From positions 32,001 through 96,000 of the forward strand of contig CAXNJO010000001.1 of the NCBI GenBank assembly GCA_964202905.1: a DNA stretch of 64,000 bases. The letters run 5' to 3'. This DNA is from Polyangiales bacterium. GTDB lineage: Bacteria; Myxococcota_A; Polyangia; Polyangiales; JADJQN01. Made by a program: the position numbers and the translations under genes. Positions 49,464 through 58,986 of this stretch are shown here, piece after piece (position 1 is the first letter of the stretch; every line of letters begins with the position of its first letter). The notes beneath the pieces are model-generated. The model was not told the origin of the DNA, did not search any database, and was given only the letters and a program-made list of their open reading frames with translations.

Positions 49464-51437
49464 TCAGATGCGGAGCACGAGCTGGGCGAGCACGCCCTCG
49501 AAGGCCTGCACGTCGCGGCAGACGCCGCCGGAGCAGAGCCGGCCGCCCGGCGTCGACCCCGCGAAGACGCTCACGAAGTTGTTCGTGGTGAAGTTCCACT
49601 TCACCTCGACCGACGGGTACATCGCGCCGCCGAGGAAGTTGTAGTCGCGCGCCGCGCGCGCATCGAGCACGAAGGCCTTCTCGTCGTTCCAGCGGACACC
49701 CGACGAGACGGCGAGCTTCACGCCCCACGTGTAGGTGAACGCCACGCCGCCCTGCATGTAGTCGGCGTAGTCGATCGCGCGCAGCTCGCGGTCGAAGCGG
49801 TGGTCGACGCGCAGCTCGAAGCTGTGCTTGCCGGTCGCGACCGTGACGTCGATCTCACCGTGCAAGACCTGCCGATCGAGGTCGCCCTCGGCGGGCATGC
49901 CGACCGGATCGTGGAGAAACGTCTCGCGCCGGTAGCCGACGAGGGTCTCGAGGCTCCAGCCCACGCGGCTCCCCTCCTCGCCCTCGGTCTCCGCCCCGCC
50001 CTCCGCGGCGAAGTCGGTGCCCGCGCTGGTGTCGCTGCGTCGACGCAAGCCGAGCCAGCCGTGCGTCACGAAGACGCCATCCCACGGGTCCTTGTTCTCT
50101 TCGTTGAGGCCGTAGACGAGGCCGTTCACCGAGAAGCTCCACGGCCCGGGGAGGAACGCGTAGTCGAGCTTCACGCTGCCGCCTCGGCGGTTGCCGATCG
50201 CGCGCAGGCGCTGCAACCCGTCGAGCTCCATCGTCGGCAGGCTCGAGTAGATGCGCCACGCCTCGAGCGGCGCGGTCGAGGTCGCGACGAGGTAGTTGCG
50301 GTAGTCGACCCACTCGGCGAGCAACGTCACGCGCTCGAGCTGGAGCTGCGCGGAGCCGTAGACCGCGCGGCCGTAGTCGCGGTCGTCGCCCCGGAAATCC
50401 GTCGCGCTGCGGCGGAGCGCGTCGATCTCCGCATAGAGCGCGAGCTGCCCGTCCACGAGCGCGGGCGCCGCCATGTGCCAGCCCGCGACGTCGACGCTGC
50501 GGTCGCGCGAGACGGCGCCGGCGTCGTCGTCGAACCACACGCGCGTCGCATGCACGCCGAGCTCGACGTCGTTGAACTCGCCGAGCCGGAAGCCCGCCTC
50601 CGCGCCGATCACGACGTCCGTGGGCTCCTCGATGAAGGCGAGGTTCGTCGGGTCGAGGTTCTGCGGGTTCGCGACGCCGCCCACCACGCGCGCATAGCCG
50701 CGCTCGCCGTCCCACGTCACGCGACCGCCGCGCAGCGCGTTGTCGACGCCGAGCAGATCGAACTTGCGGAAGGAGAGCGCGATGCCGCGGCCGAGCACGG
50801 CGTAGTCGTCGCCCGCGACGACGCTCCACGCGTCGTGGTTCCAACGCAGCGCGATGCGCTCGAGGCGGTAGTTGTTCGTGAGGTAGCAGAGGTCCGCGTC
50901 CTCCTCGCCGCACGACTGCGAGAGCGAGACGCCGTCCTGGAAGAAGAGCGGCTGAAAGCCGTCGAGCCGCGCCTCGAGGCGCACGGACTCGGCGTTCAGC
51001 GCGAGGTCGAAGCGCTGCTGAAGCGCGAGGAAGTCGTCGTCGTAGTGGCGGTCCGACGCGGGCGCGCCGTTGTAATTCTGCCCGCGGAAACGCACGCTCG
51101 ACGTGCTCGTCATCGCGAACGTCGTCTCGCCGACGAGCGGCAGCGTGAACGAGAGGGCCCCGCCCTCCTCCTCGTCCGCGGGCTCCTCGGGCGGCGGCTC
51201 GTCTGCGACCGGCGCGACACCCTCATCGGCGATGGTCAGCGCCGCGTCCGCTCCGGCGGATTCGTCCGTCGCGGCGGCGGCTGGCTCCGCGGGCGCTTCG
51301 CCCGACGCGGCCGCGTCCCCGGTTGCAGGGCCATCCTGCGCATGCGCGACGGACGGAACGACGGCGGCCGCGAGGAGCAGGAGCCCCATCGCGGCCGCGC
51401 GCCGGAGCGCGAACAGGAGCGCTCCCGAGGACGTCAA
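49464..51437 (-). CDS. Outer-membrane beta-barrel protein, DUF6029-like, with C-terminal CSGGVC motif
   Basis: Signal ending AHA; GDDYAVLGRGIALSFR..GVDNALRG; C-terminal GSTPGGRLCSGGVCRDVQAFEGV. Start is TTG 51437 (overlaps the upstream stop) or ATG 51389. Confidence 0.7.
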   Translation of the reverse strand: MTSSGALLFALRRAAAMGLLLLAAAVVPSVAHAQDGPATGDAAASGEAPAEPAAAATDESAGADAALTIADEGVAPVADEPPPEEPADEEEGGALSFTLPLVGETTFAMTSTSSVRFRGQNYNGAPASDRHYDDDFLALQQRFDLALNAESVRLEARLDGFQPLFFQDGVSLSQSCGEEDADLCYLTNNYRLERIALRWNHDAWSVVAGDDYAVLGRGIALSFRKFDLLGVDNALRGGRVTWDGERGYARVVGGVANPQNLDPTNLAFIEEPTDVVIGAEAGFRLGEFNDVELGVHATRVWFDDDAGAVSRDRSVDVAGWHMAAPALVDGQLALYAEIDALRRSATDFRGDDRDYGRAVYGSAQLQLERVTLLAEWVDYRNYLVATSTAPLEAWRIYSSLPTMELDGLQRLRAIGNRRGGSVKLDYAFLPGPWSFSVNGLVYGLNEENKDPWDGVFVTHGWLGLRRRSDTSAGTDFAAEGGAETEGEEGSRVGWSLETLVGYRRETFLHDPVGMPAEGDLDRQVLHGEIDVTVATGKHSFELRVDHRFDRELRAIDYADYMQGGVAFTYTWGVKLAVSSGVRWNDEKAFVLDARAARDYNFLGGAMYPSVEVKWNFTTNNFVSVFAGSTPGGRLCSGGVCRDVQAFEGVLAQLVLRI

Positions 51438-52084
51438 GACCCGGCGAGCAGCTCGTCGAGCTTCGTCCGGAGCGACGAGAGGTTCGAGGAAGCGCCGTTC
51501 TCGCGGTACACGATGGTGCCCGTCGAGTCGATGATGACCGTCGACGGAAGCGCGCCGTCGGGGAAGTAGATCTGCGTCTTCTGCGAGGGATCGTTGAGCT
51601 CGACGTTCGTCAGGCCGAACCGATCGACCCACGCCTGGCAGTACGCGTTGGAGGCCGCGCGGTAATCTTCGTCCTGGTACATGACCTGGATGATCCGCAC
51701 GCCCTGCGGCTCGTACTCGGCCTGGAGCGCCGGGAGCATCCCCGTCTCGTAGATGCAGGGGTTGCACCAGCCCGCGGCGATGCCGAGCACGGTGAAGCGC
51801 GCGCTGCAGAAATCCTCGTTGTAGATCGCGTACGGCGAGCCGTCGCACTGGTCGAGCGTGAGCGGCCGGAACTTCGAACCGACGCGCGTCGCGAAGCCGT
51901 CCGCCGGGACGCGCGACTGGCACGAGAGGGCGATGGCGCCGCCGCCGTCGCTCGCGCCGAGATCGACGGCGATGCCCGCGTCCGCCGCCGGCGTCGCAGG
52001 ATCCTCTTCCTTGCAGCCGGGGAGACCGGCGAGTCCGGCGAGCGCGAGCAGGACGAGCGGAGAGAAGCGCAGGGACTTCGACAT
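51434..52084 (-). CDS. Redoxin/TlpA-like lipoprotein
   Basis: Lipobox LPGC-KEED; IAAGWCNPC; LPSTVIID.TG.I.YR; GAGG RBS. Confidence 0.85.
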   Translation of the reverse strand: MSKSLRFSPLVLLALAGLAGLPGCKEEDPATPAADAGIAVDLGASDGGGAIALSCQSRVPADGFATRVGSKFRPLTLDQCDGSPYAIYNEDFCSARFTVLGIAAGWCNPCIYETGMLPALQAEYEPQGVRIIQVMYQDEDYRAASNAYCQAWVDRFGLTNVELNDPSQKTQIYFPDGALPSTVIIDSTGTIVYRENGASSNLSSLRTKLDELLAGS

Positions 52085-52241
52085 GGACGACACCTCGAGG
52101 GAAGGGCGCGCGCGACCGCGCGGGCGAAGCGGACCGGGGCTGTGACTGTCCCACGCTTTGCGCGTGGACGGGAAGGAATGGCGCAGTCGAGTCGAGAGAA
52201 AGCAGGGCCCCGCGGCAGGACGCCCCGCTGCGTCGGGACGG

Positions 52242-53117
52242 TCAGCCCGCCGGGAGGCAGACGCCGTTCGTGAAGGTCTTGCTGTCGCCGCTCGAGAGGC
52301 CGAAGGTGCGGCGGCACTCGTAGCCCTCGCCCGCGCGGCAGTCGGCGTCCGCCTGGCAGCCGTCGAAGCAGGCGCCGAGGTCACCCTCGGCCTGCGCGTT
52401 GATCGCGGGGAAGCACACCGCGTCGCCGACGCAGGCGCCCGCGGGGAGCGTGTCGCCCGCGAAGAGATCGTTCGAGTTGTAGCCGCCCGGCAGGATGCAG
52501 TAGCTGACGCAGTAGCCACCGGAGAGGGTGGAGTCGGGCCCACCGAGGCAGAGGCCCGTCGCACAATCCGCATCACCATCACACGAGGCGCCGTAGCTGC
52601 CGCCCGAGCGCGGCGCGGTGCCCGCCGCCACGCAGCGGGCGGACGGCTCGTCGCACTCGGCGCCCTCGCCGCAATCGGCGTCACTGCCGCAGAGGCCGAT
52701 GCAGCGGCCGCCGCTCGGCGGGTACTCACCCTCGCAGGTGTACGCATTGCGCCCGCAGTCGAGGCCGTTCAGACAGCGCTGGGCGCAGAAGGTCGCGCCC
52801 GTGTCGTCCGGGAGGCAGTGGTGGTACGTGATGCCGTCGTCGCACTGCGTGCGGTCGAGGCAGGGGCGCGTGCACATGCCCTTCGGGAAGCCGTCGACCC
52901 CGCGGCGGCACACGGCGCCTTCGCCCGGGCACTGCGCGTCGGTGACGCAGGCGCCGAACAGCGTGCTCGGCTGCGGGCCGAGATCGGGCGCGCCGGCGTC
53001 GGGGGCCGGGGGCGGCGCGTCGTCGTCGTCGCCGCAGGCGCCGAGCGCGAGGAGCGCGGAGAAGAGGATCGCGGCGCGCGCGAAGGGACGGAGAGCGAGC
53101 GGGCGGAGGCTGCGCAT
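52242..53117 (-). CDS. Cys-rich lipoprotein
   Basis: Lipobox LGAC-GDDDD; repeated C..DADC / G.C...C modules. Confidence 0.8.
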   Translation of the reverse strand: MRSLRPLALRPFARAAILFSALLALGACGDDDDAPPPAPDAGAPDLGPQPSTLFGACVTDAQCPGEGAVCRRGVDGFPKGMCTRPCLDRTQCDDGITYHHCLPDDTGATFCAQRCLNGLDCGRNAYTCEGEYPPSGGRCIGLCGSDADCGEGAECDEPSARCVAAGTAPRSGGSYGASCDGDADCATGLCLGGPDSTLSGGYCVSYCILPGGYNSNDLFAGDTLPAGACVGDAVCFPAINAQAEGDLGACFDGCQADADCRAGEGYECRRTFGLSSGDSKTFTNGVCLPAG

Positions 53118-53128
53118 CAGGGGGATCG

Positions 53129-53157
53129 ATGGTCGTGCGCGCGTGCGCGGATGTCAA
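53129..53157 (-). promoter_or_regulatory. Putative sigma70 promoter for the 52242-53117 gene
   Basis: Minus strand TTGACA (53157-53152), 17 bp spacer, GACCAT. Confidence 0.45.
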
Positions 53158-53233
53158 ACACTGTCGTAGGAATCCCTTGGAGATTCGGGCATGATCGCCG
53201 CTCGGCGCGCCGTCCGCGCCTCCCCGGGACCCC

Positions 53234-54853
53234 ATGAACCTGCGCGCACGCTTCCCCTTCTCGTCTCCGATCTCCGCGCTCTTCGCCGCCACGTGTCTTT
53301 GCGCGCTGCCCGCCTGCGGCGACGACGACGACGCGCCGCCGCCGCCCCCCCCGGCACCGGACGCCGGCGAGCCCGATCTCGGCGCGCCCGACCTCGGGCC
53401 GATGTACGCCCCCGGCACGACCTGCGACGACCCGCACGTCCTCAGCGGCGCGATGGCCTCGATCTCCTTCGACGTCACGGGCGAGCCGCCCGGCATGCGC
53501 GACATCGGCTTCGATTGCGGCAGCCAGGAGGCCGCGCGCTGGGCGCCCCAGCACGTCGTCGCGTACACGGTGCCCGGCACCGGGCTGCAGCGCGTGTCGT
53601 TCACGACGGTGAACACGGGCACGGGGCGCCGGGTCGACACCGTCGTGCAGGTGCGCCGCGACTGCGAGCGCATCCCGTCGTCGTTCCCCGCGTCGTGCTT
53701 CGACAACACCTCGCAGACCGAGCTGCGCAGCACGGGCGGCACGAGCGCGATGGGCGGCGACACGCTGTTCTTCATCGTGACGACCTTCGCGGAGACGCCG
53801 GCCACGGGCTGGAGCGATCGCGGCCCCATCGCGTTCACGATCGAGTCGCAGCCGGCCTCGGCGCCCACGGTGAGCGCGGGCAGCGTCTACGTCATCGGCA
53901 CGCGCGTCGAGTTCAACGCGACGGGCATGGACGCGGACGGTGACGCGCTCGGCGTCCGCGCCGTGTTCCTCGACGCGGCGGGCGACGCCGTCGACCTCGA
54001 TCGCAGCGGCGTGACCGACGAGAACGACGTGTCGAAGCTCGTCTTCTCGCCGTCGGTCGGCACCGCGACGAGCTTCTCCGGCACGGCCGTCTTCCCCGGC
54101 CTCACGGAGTTCATCGACGGCGCGCCGACGCGCGCGACGCAGGTCGACCTCACCGTCTACGACCGCGGCTACGCGGTGAGCGCGCCGCTGCGCATCCCGC
54201 TCGCCGAGGCCACCGAGGTCGGCACCGGCGCGATGTGCGCGGAGCTCGTCCGCTGCCTCACACCGCTCGTCTGCGAGATGGGCGCCTGCGCCGTCCCGGC
54301 TGATTACGTCGGCTATTGCGCCGCCGCCACGCCGATCGCGATCACCCCGCCCACCGACGCGACGACCACCGCGACCGTGCGCGGCAACGTCGGCACCGGC
54401 GGCCCGGACCGCTTCGCCCCCGCGCTCTGCACGACGCCCGACACGGGCGCTCCGCTCCGCGTCGAGGGAGACGAGGTCCTCTACACGGTCACGGTGCCGG
54501 ACGGCACCTTCGACCTCACCGCGCGCACCAACGTCGCGGCGACGCCCACCGCGAACGACACCATCGTCTACGTGCGCCGCGGCTGCGCGGACCCGGGCGA
54601 CGAGGTCGGCTGCAACGACGACGTGGACAGGAGGGCTAGGGACTACCGCTCGCGCGTCGACGTGCGGAACGTGACCGGCGGCACGTACACCGTGTTCGTC
54701 GAGCCGTTCCAGGCCGGCGAGCCGACCGCGTTCACGCTCGAAGTCAGCCTGCGTCCGGTGCTCGGCGCCGGCGCGGCCTGTGACCCGGCGCAGCTGCGCA
54801 ACCGCTGCAGCACGGGTGCGTGCCGCTCGGGCGCGACGCCGACCTGCCCGTGA
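53234..54853 (+). CDS. Lipoprotein with PPC-like and Cys-containing domains
   Basis: Lipobox LPAC-GDDDD; DTVVQVRRDC..CFDN and DTIVYVRRGC..CNDD..SRV PPC-like modules. Confidence 0.8.
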   Translation: MNLRARFPFSSPISALFAATCLCALPACGDDDDAPPPPPPAPDAGEPDLGAPDLGPMYAPGTTCDDPHVLSGAMASISFDVTGEPPGMRDIGFDCGSQEAARWAPQHVVAYTVPGTGLQRVSFTTVNTGTGRRVDTVVQVRRDCERIPSSFPASCFDNTSQTELRSTGGTSAMGGDTLFFIVTTFAETPATGWSDRGPIAFTIESQPASAPTVSAGSVYVIGTRVEFNATGMDADGDALGVRAVFLDAAGDAVDLDRSGVTDENDVSKLVFSPSVGTATSFSGTAVFPGLTEFIDGAPTRATQVDLTVYDRGYAVSAPLRIPLAEATEVGTGAMCAELVRCLTPLVCEMGACAVPADYVGYCAAATPIAITPPTDATTTATVRGNVGTGGPDRFAPALCTTPDTGAPLRVEGDEVLYTVTVPDGTFDLTARTNVAATPTANDTIVYVRRGCADPGDEVGCNDDVDRRARDYRSRVDVRNVTGGTYTVFVEPFQAGEPTAFTLEVSLRPVLGAGAACDPAQLRNRCSTGACRSGATPTCP

Positions 54854-55998
54854 TCACGAGGGCGCGCGCCTCGCTCCGCGGGGCGTGCGCGCTTTGGTCG
54901 CTCGCTGCGTGCATCGCCGCCTGCGGCGCGCGCACCGGGGTCGATGTGCCTGCATTCGTCGATCTCGGCGTCGTGGTCGCCGACGCGGATGCCGACGCCG
55001 GCCTCGACGCCGGAGCCGACGATCTCGGGCTCGTCGACGCGAGCTCGCGACGACGGACGCGGACATCGCGCTCGACGCGGGCTGCACGCAGCGACGAGAC
55101 CTGCGAGGACGACGTCGCCTGCACGCGCGCGCGCTGCGTCGACGGGCGCTGCGTGATCACGCCGGACGACCTCGCCTGCGACGACGGCCTGATGTGCACC
55201 GGCACCGAGCGCTGCGATGTGTTCCTCGGTTGTGTGACGACGCCACCCGCGTGCGCCGACGCCATCGCGTGCACCGTCGACGCCTGCGACGCGCGCGCGG
55301 ACGCGTGCACGAACACCCCCGACGACGCGCGCTGCCCGATCAGCCACCGCTGTGATCCGCGCCGCGGCTGCGTCGCGCGCGTGCTCGCGATCGACGTCTC
55401 CGGCGGGCTCTACGACGTCGAGGTGCCCTCAGGCGAGACGCGCTCGATCGGCCGCACCGATACGGTGCTCGCGGACATCGCGCTCGCCGCGGACGGCACC
55501 TTCTACGGCGCGACCTTCCGCGCCGTCGTGCGCGTGGACGCGACCACCGGCGCGACGAGCCCGCGCGCGACGATCGAGACGGGGCGCTTCAACGCGCTCG
55601 ACTTCGCGCCGGACGGCACGCTCTACGGCGCGGGGGGCGATCGCGTCGTGCGCATCGACCCCGCGTCGGGCGCCGTCGACCCCGTCGCGACGCTCCCCTC
55701 GGGCACGATCTCGAGCGGCGACCTCGCCTTCCTCCCGGACGGACGGATGCTCCTCACGATCACGCGCACCGGCGGCACGACGACGCCGGACGAGCTCTTC
55801 GAGGTGCCGCTCGACGGCCGCGCACCGCGCCTCGTCGGCACCATGGGCCACGCCTGCGTCTGGGGCCTCGCCGCCTTCGGGACGACGCTCTACGGGCTCA
55901 CCTGCAACGGCGACGTCGTGCGCGTCGACCCGGCGACGGGCGGCTCACGCAGCCTCTCGAGCGCGCGGGCCCGCTTCGGCGGCGCCGCGGCGCGCTGA
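54850..55998 (+). CDS. Cys-rich lipoprotein with C-terminal beta-propeller
   Basis: Lipobox IAAC-GART; CDDGLMCTGTERC and CADAIACTVDAC repeats; repeated D(I/F)A..DGT.YG blades and SSGDLAF. Apparent compensated frameshift ~55040-55090. Confidence 0.78.
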   Translation: MITRARASLRGACALWSLAACIAACGARTGVDVPAFVDLGVVVADADADAGLDAGADDLGLVDASSRRRTRTSRSTRAARSDETCEDDVACTRARCVDGRCVITPDDLACDDGLMCTGTERCDVFLGCVTTPPACADAIACTVDACDARADACTNTPDDARCPISHRCDPRRGCVARVLAIDVSGGLYDVEVPSGETRSIGRTDTVLADIALAADGTFYGATFRAVVRVDATTGATSPRATIETGRFNALDFAPDGTLYGAGGDRVVRIDPASGAVDPVATLPSGTISSGDLAFLPDGRMLLTITRTGGTTTPDELFEVPLDGRAPRLVGTMGHACVWGLAAFGTTLYGLTCNGDVVRVDPATGGSRSLSSARARFGGAAAR

Positions 55999-56060
55999 GG
56001 CACGGCCCGCTGCGCTCCATCTGAAAACCCCGTGAACGCGGGGATTTGCGGCGCGTCGCC

Positions 56061-56906
56061 TCAGCGCTCGCGCGCGGCGAGCACGCCGACGTCGTCGCTG
56101 CCGCGCCCCTGCGCGAGCAGGACGTCCATCCGCGCGGCGAGCCCGGCGAGCACCGCGCTCGGCGCGTCGCCGAGCGACTCGAGCATGAGGCGCACGTCCT
56201 TGCGCGCGACCTCGAGCGCGAACGACGGCGCGAAGTCGAGCGCGGCCATCTTCGGACCGCGCAGCTGCACGATCCCCGAAGGCTGGAAACGCTGGAAGAC
56301 GGTGAGGGCCTCCGAGCGCGGCAGTCCGAGCGAGTCGGCCATGCCGAGGCAGTCCGCGAGCGCCCCGCACATCGCGAGGATCATCGCGTTGCCGAAGAGC
56401 TTGTAGGCCGCCGCGAGGTCGGCGCGCTCGCCGACGTGCCAGAGATCGCCCGTCATCGGCGCGAGGTCCGCCTCGAGCGCCGTGAAGCGCGCCGTCGGCC
56501 CGGCGACCATCATGATGCCCTTCGCCACACGCGCGCCGCCGGGCGACATGAACACCGGCGCGTGCAGGAAGGCGACGCCCTCGCGCTCGAGCCGCGCCGC
56601 GCGCTCGGCCGTGCGCTCGGGGAGCGTCGTCGTGTGGTCGATGACGCACGCGCCGGGCGCGAGCGCGCCGAGCGACGCCGCGAGCACCGCGTCGACCGCG
56701 TCGTCGTCGGTGAGCACGAGGTGCACGCGCGAGGCGCCGCGCACCGCGTCGGCGGGCGTCGCCGCGACCTGCGCGCCGAGCGCGCCGAGGGGCGCGGCCT
56801 TGTCCGCGCTGCGGTTCCACACCGAGAGCGGGACACCGCGGCCGAGCAGGGCCTGTGCGAAGCCGGTGCCGAGGAGACCCGTTCCGAGGAGCGCGACGTG
56901 CGTCAT
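56061..56906 (-). CDS. NAD(P)-dependent oxidoreductase, beta-hydroxyacid dehydrogenase family
   Basis: ALLGTGLLG, VWNRSADKA, IDHTTT.P, HAPVF, AAAYKLFGN, PSFALEVARKDVRL. Confidence 0.88.
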   Translation of the reverse strand: MTHVALLGTGLLGTGFAQALLGRGVPLSVWNRSADKAAPLGALGAQVAATPADAVRGASRVHLVLTDDDAVDAVLAASLGALAPGACVIDHTTTLPERTAERAARLEREGVAFLHAPVFMSPGGARVAKGIMMVAGPTARFTALEADLAPMTGDLWHVGERADLAAAYKLFGNAMILAMCGALADCLGMADSLGLPRSEALTVFQRFQPSGIVQLRGPKMAALDFAPSFALEVARKDVRLMLESLGDAPSAVLAGLAARMDVLLAQGRGSDDVGVLAARER

Positions 56907-57002
56907 GGCGCGCAGGGTCGCGGACCCAACCGGGTGACGCAAGGGCCACGCGCGGCGACCGCGCTCGCGACGCGCCGCGGGAGCGCGTAGGCTCGCGCCC
57001 GC

Positions 57003-58946
<1,944 letters not shown>

Positions 58947-58986
58947 CGTCGCCCGGCGTCGCGCGCGCGGGCCATGCGCCGGGACG

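Noticed and set aside
28318..52084. Selenocysteine recoding in the thioredoxin-like genes
   Set aside because: All three have ordinary CxxC motifs and no in-frame TGA.
52125..52175. c-di-GMP-I riboswitch-like hairpin (minus strand CCACGC-GCAAA-GCGTGG-GAC) upstream of the redox operon
   Set aside because: It lacks the 5' GGCAAA and the GACGCAAAG core; only a short hairpin is supported. An Rfam/Infernal scan would settle it.
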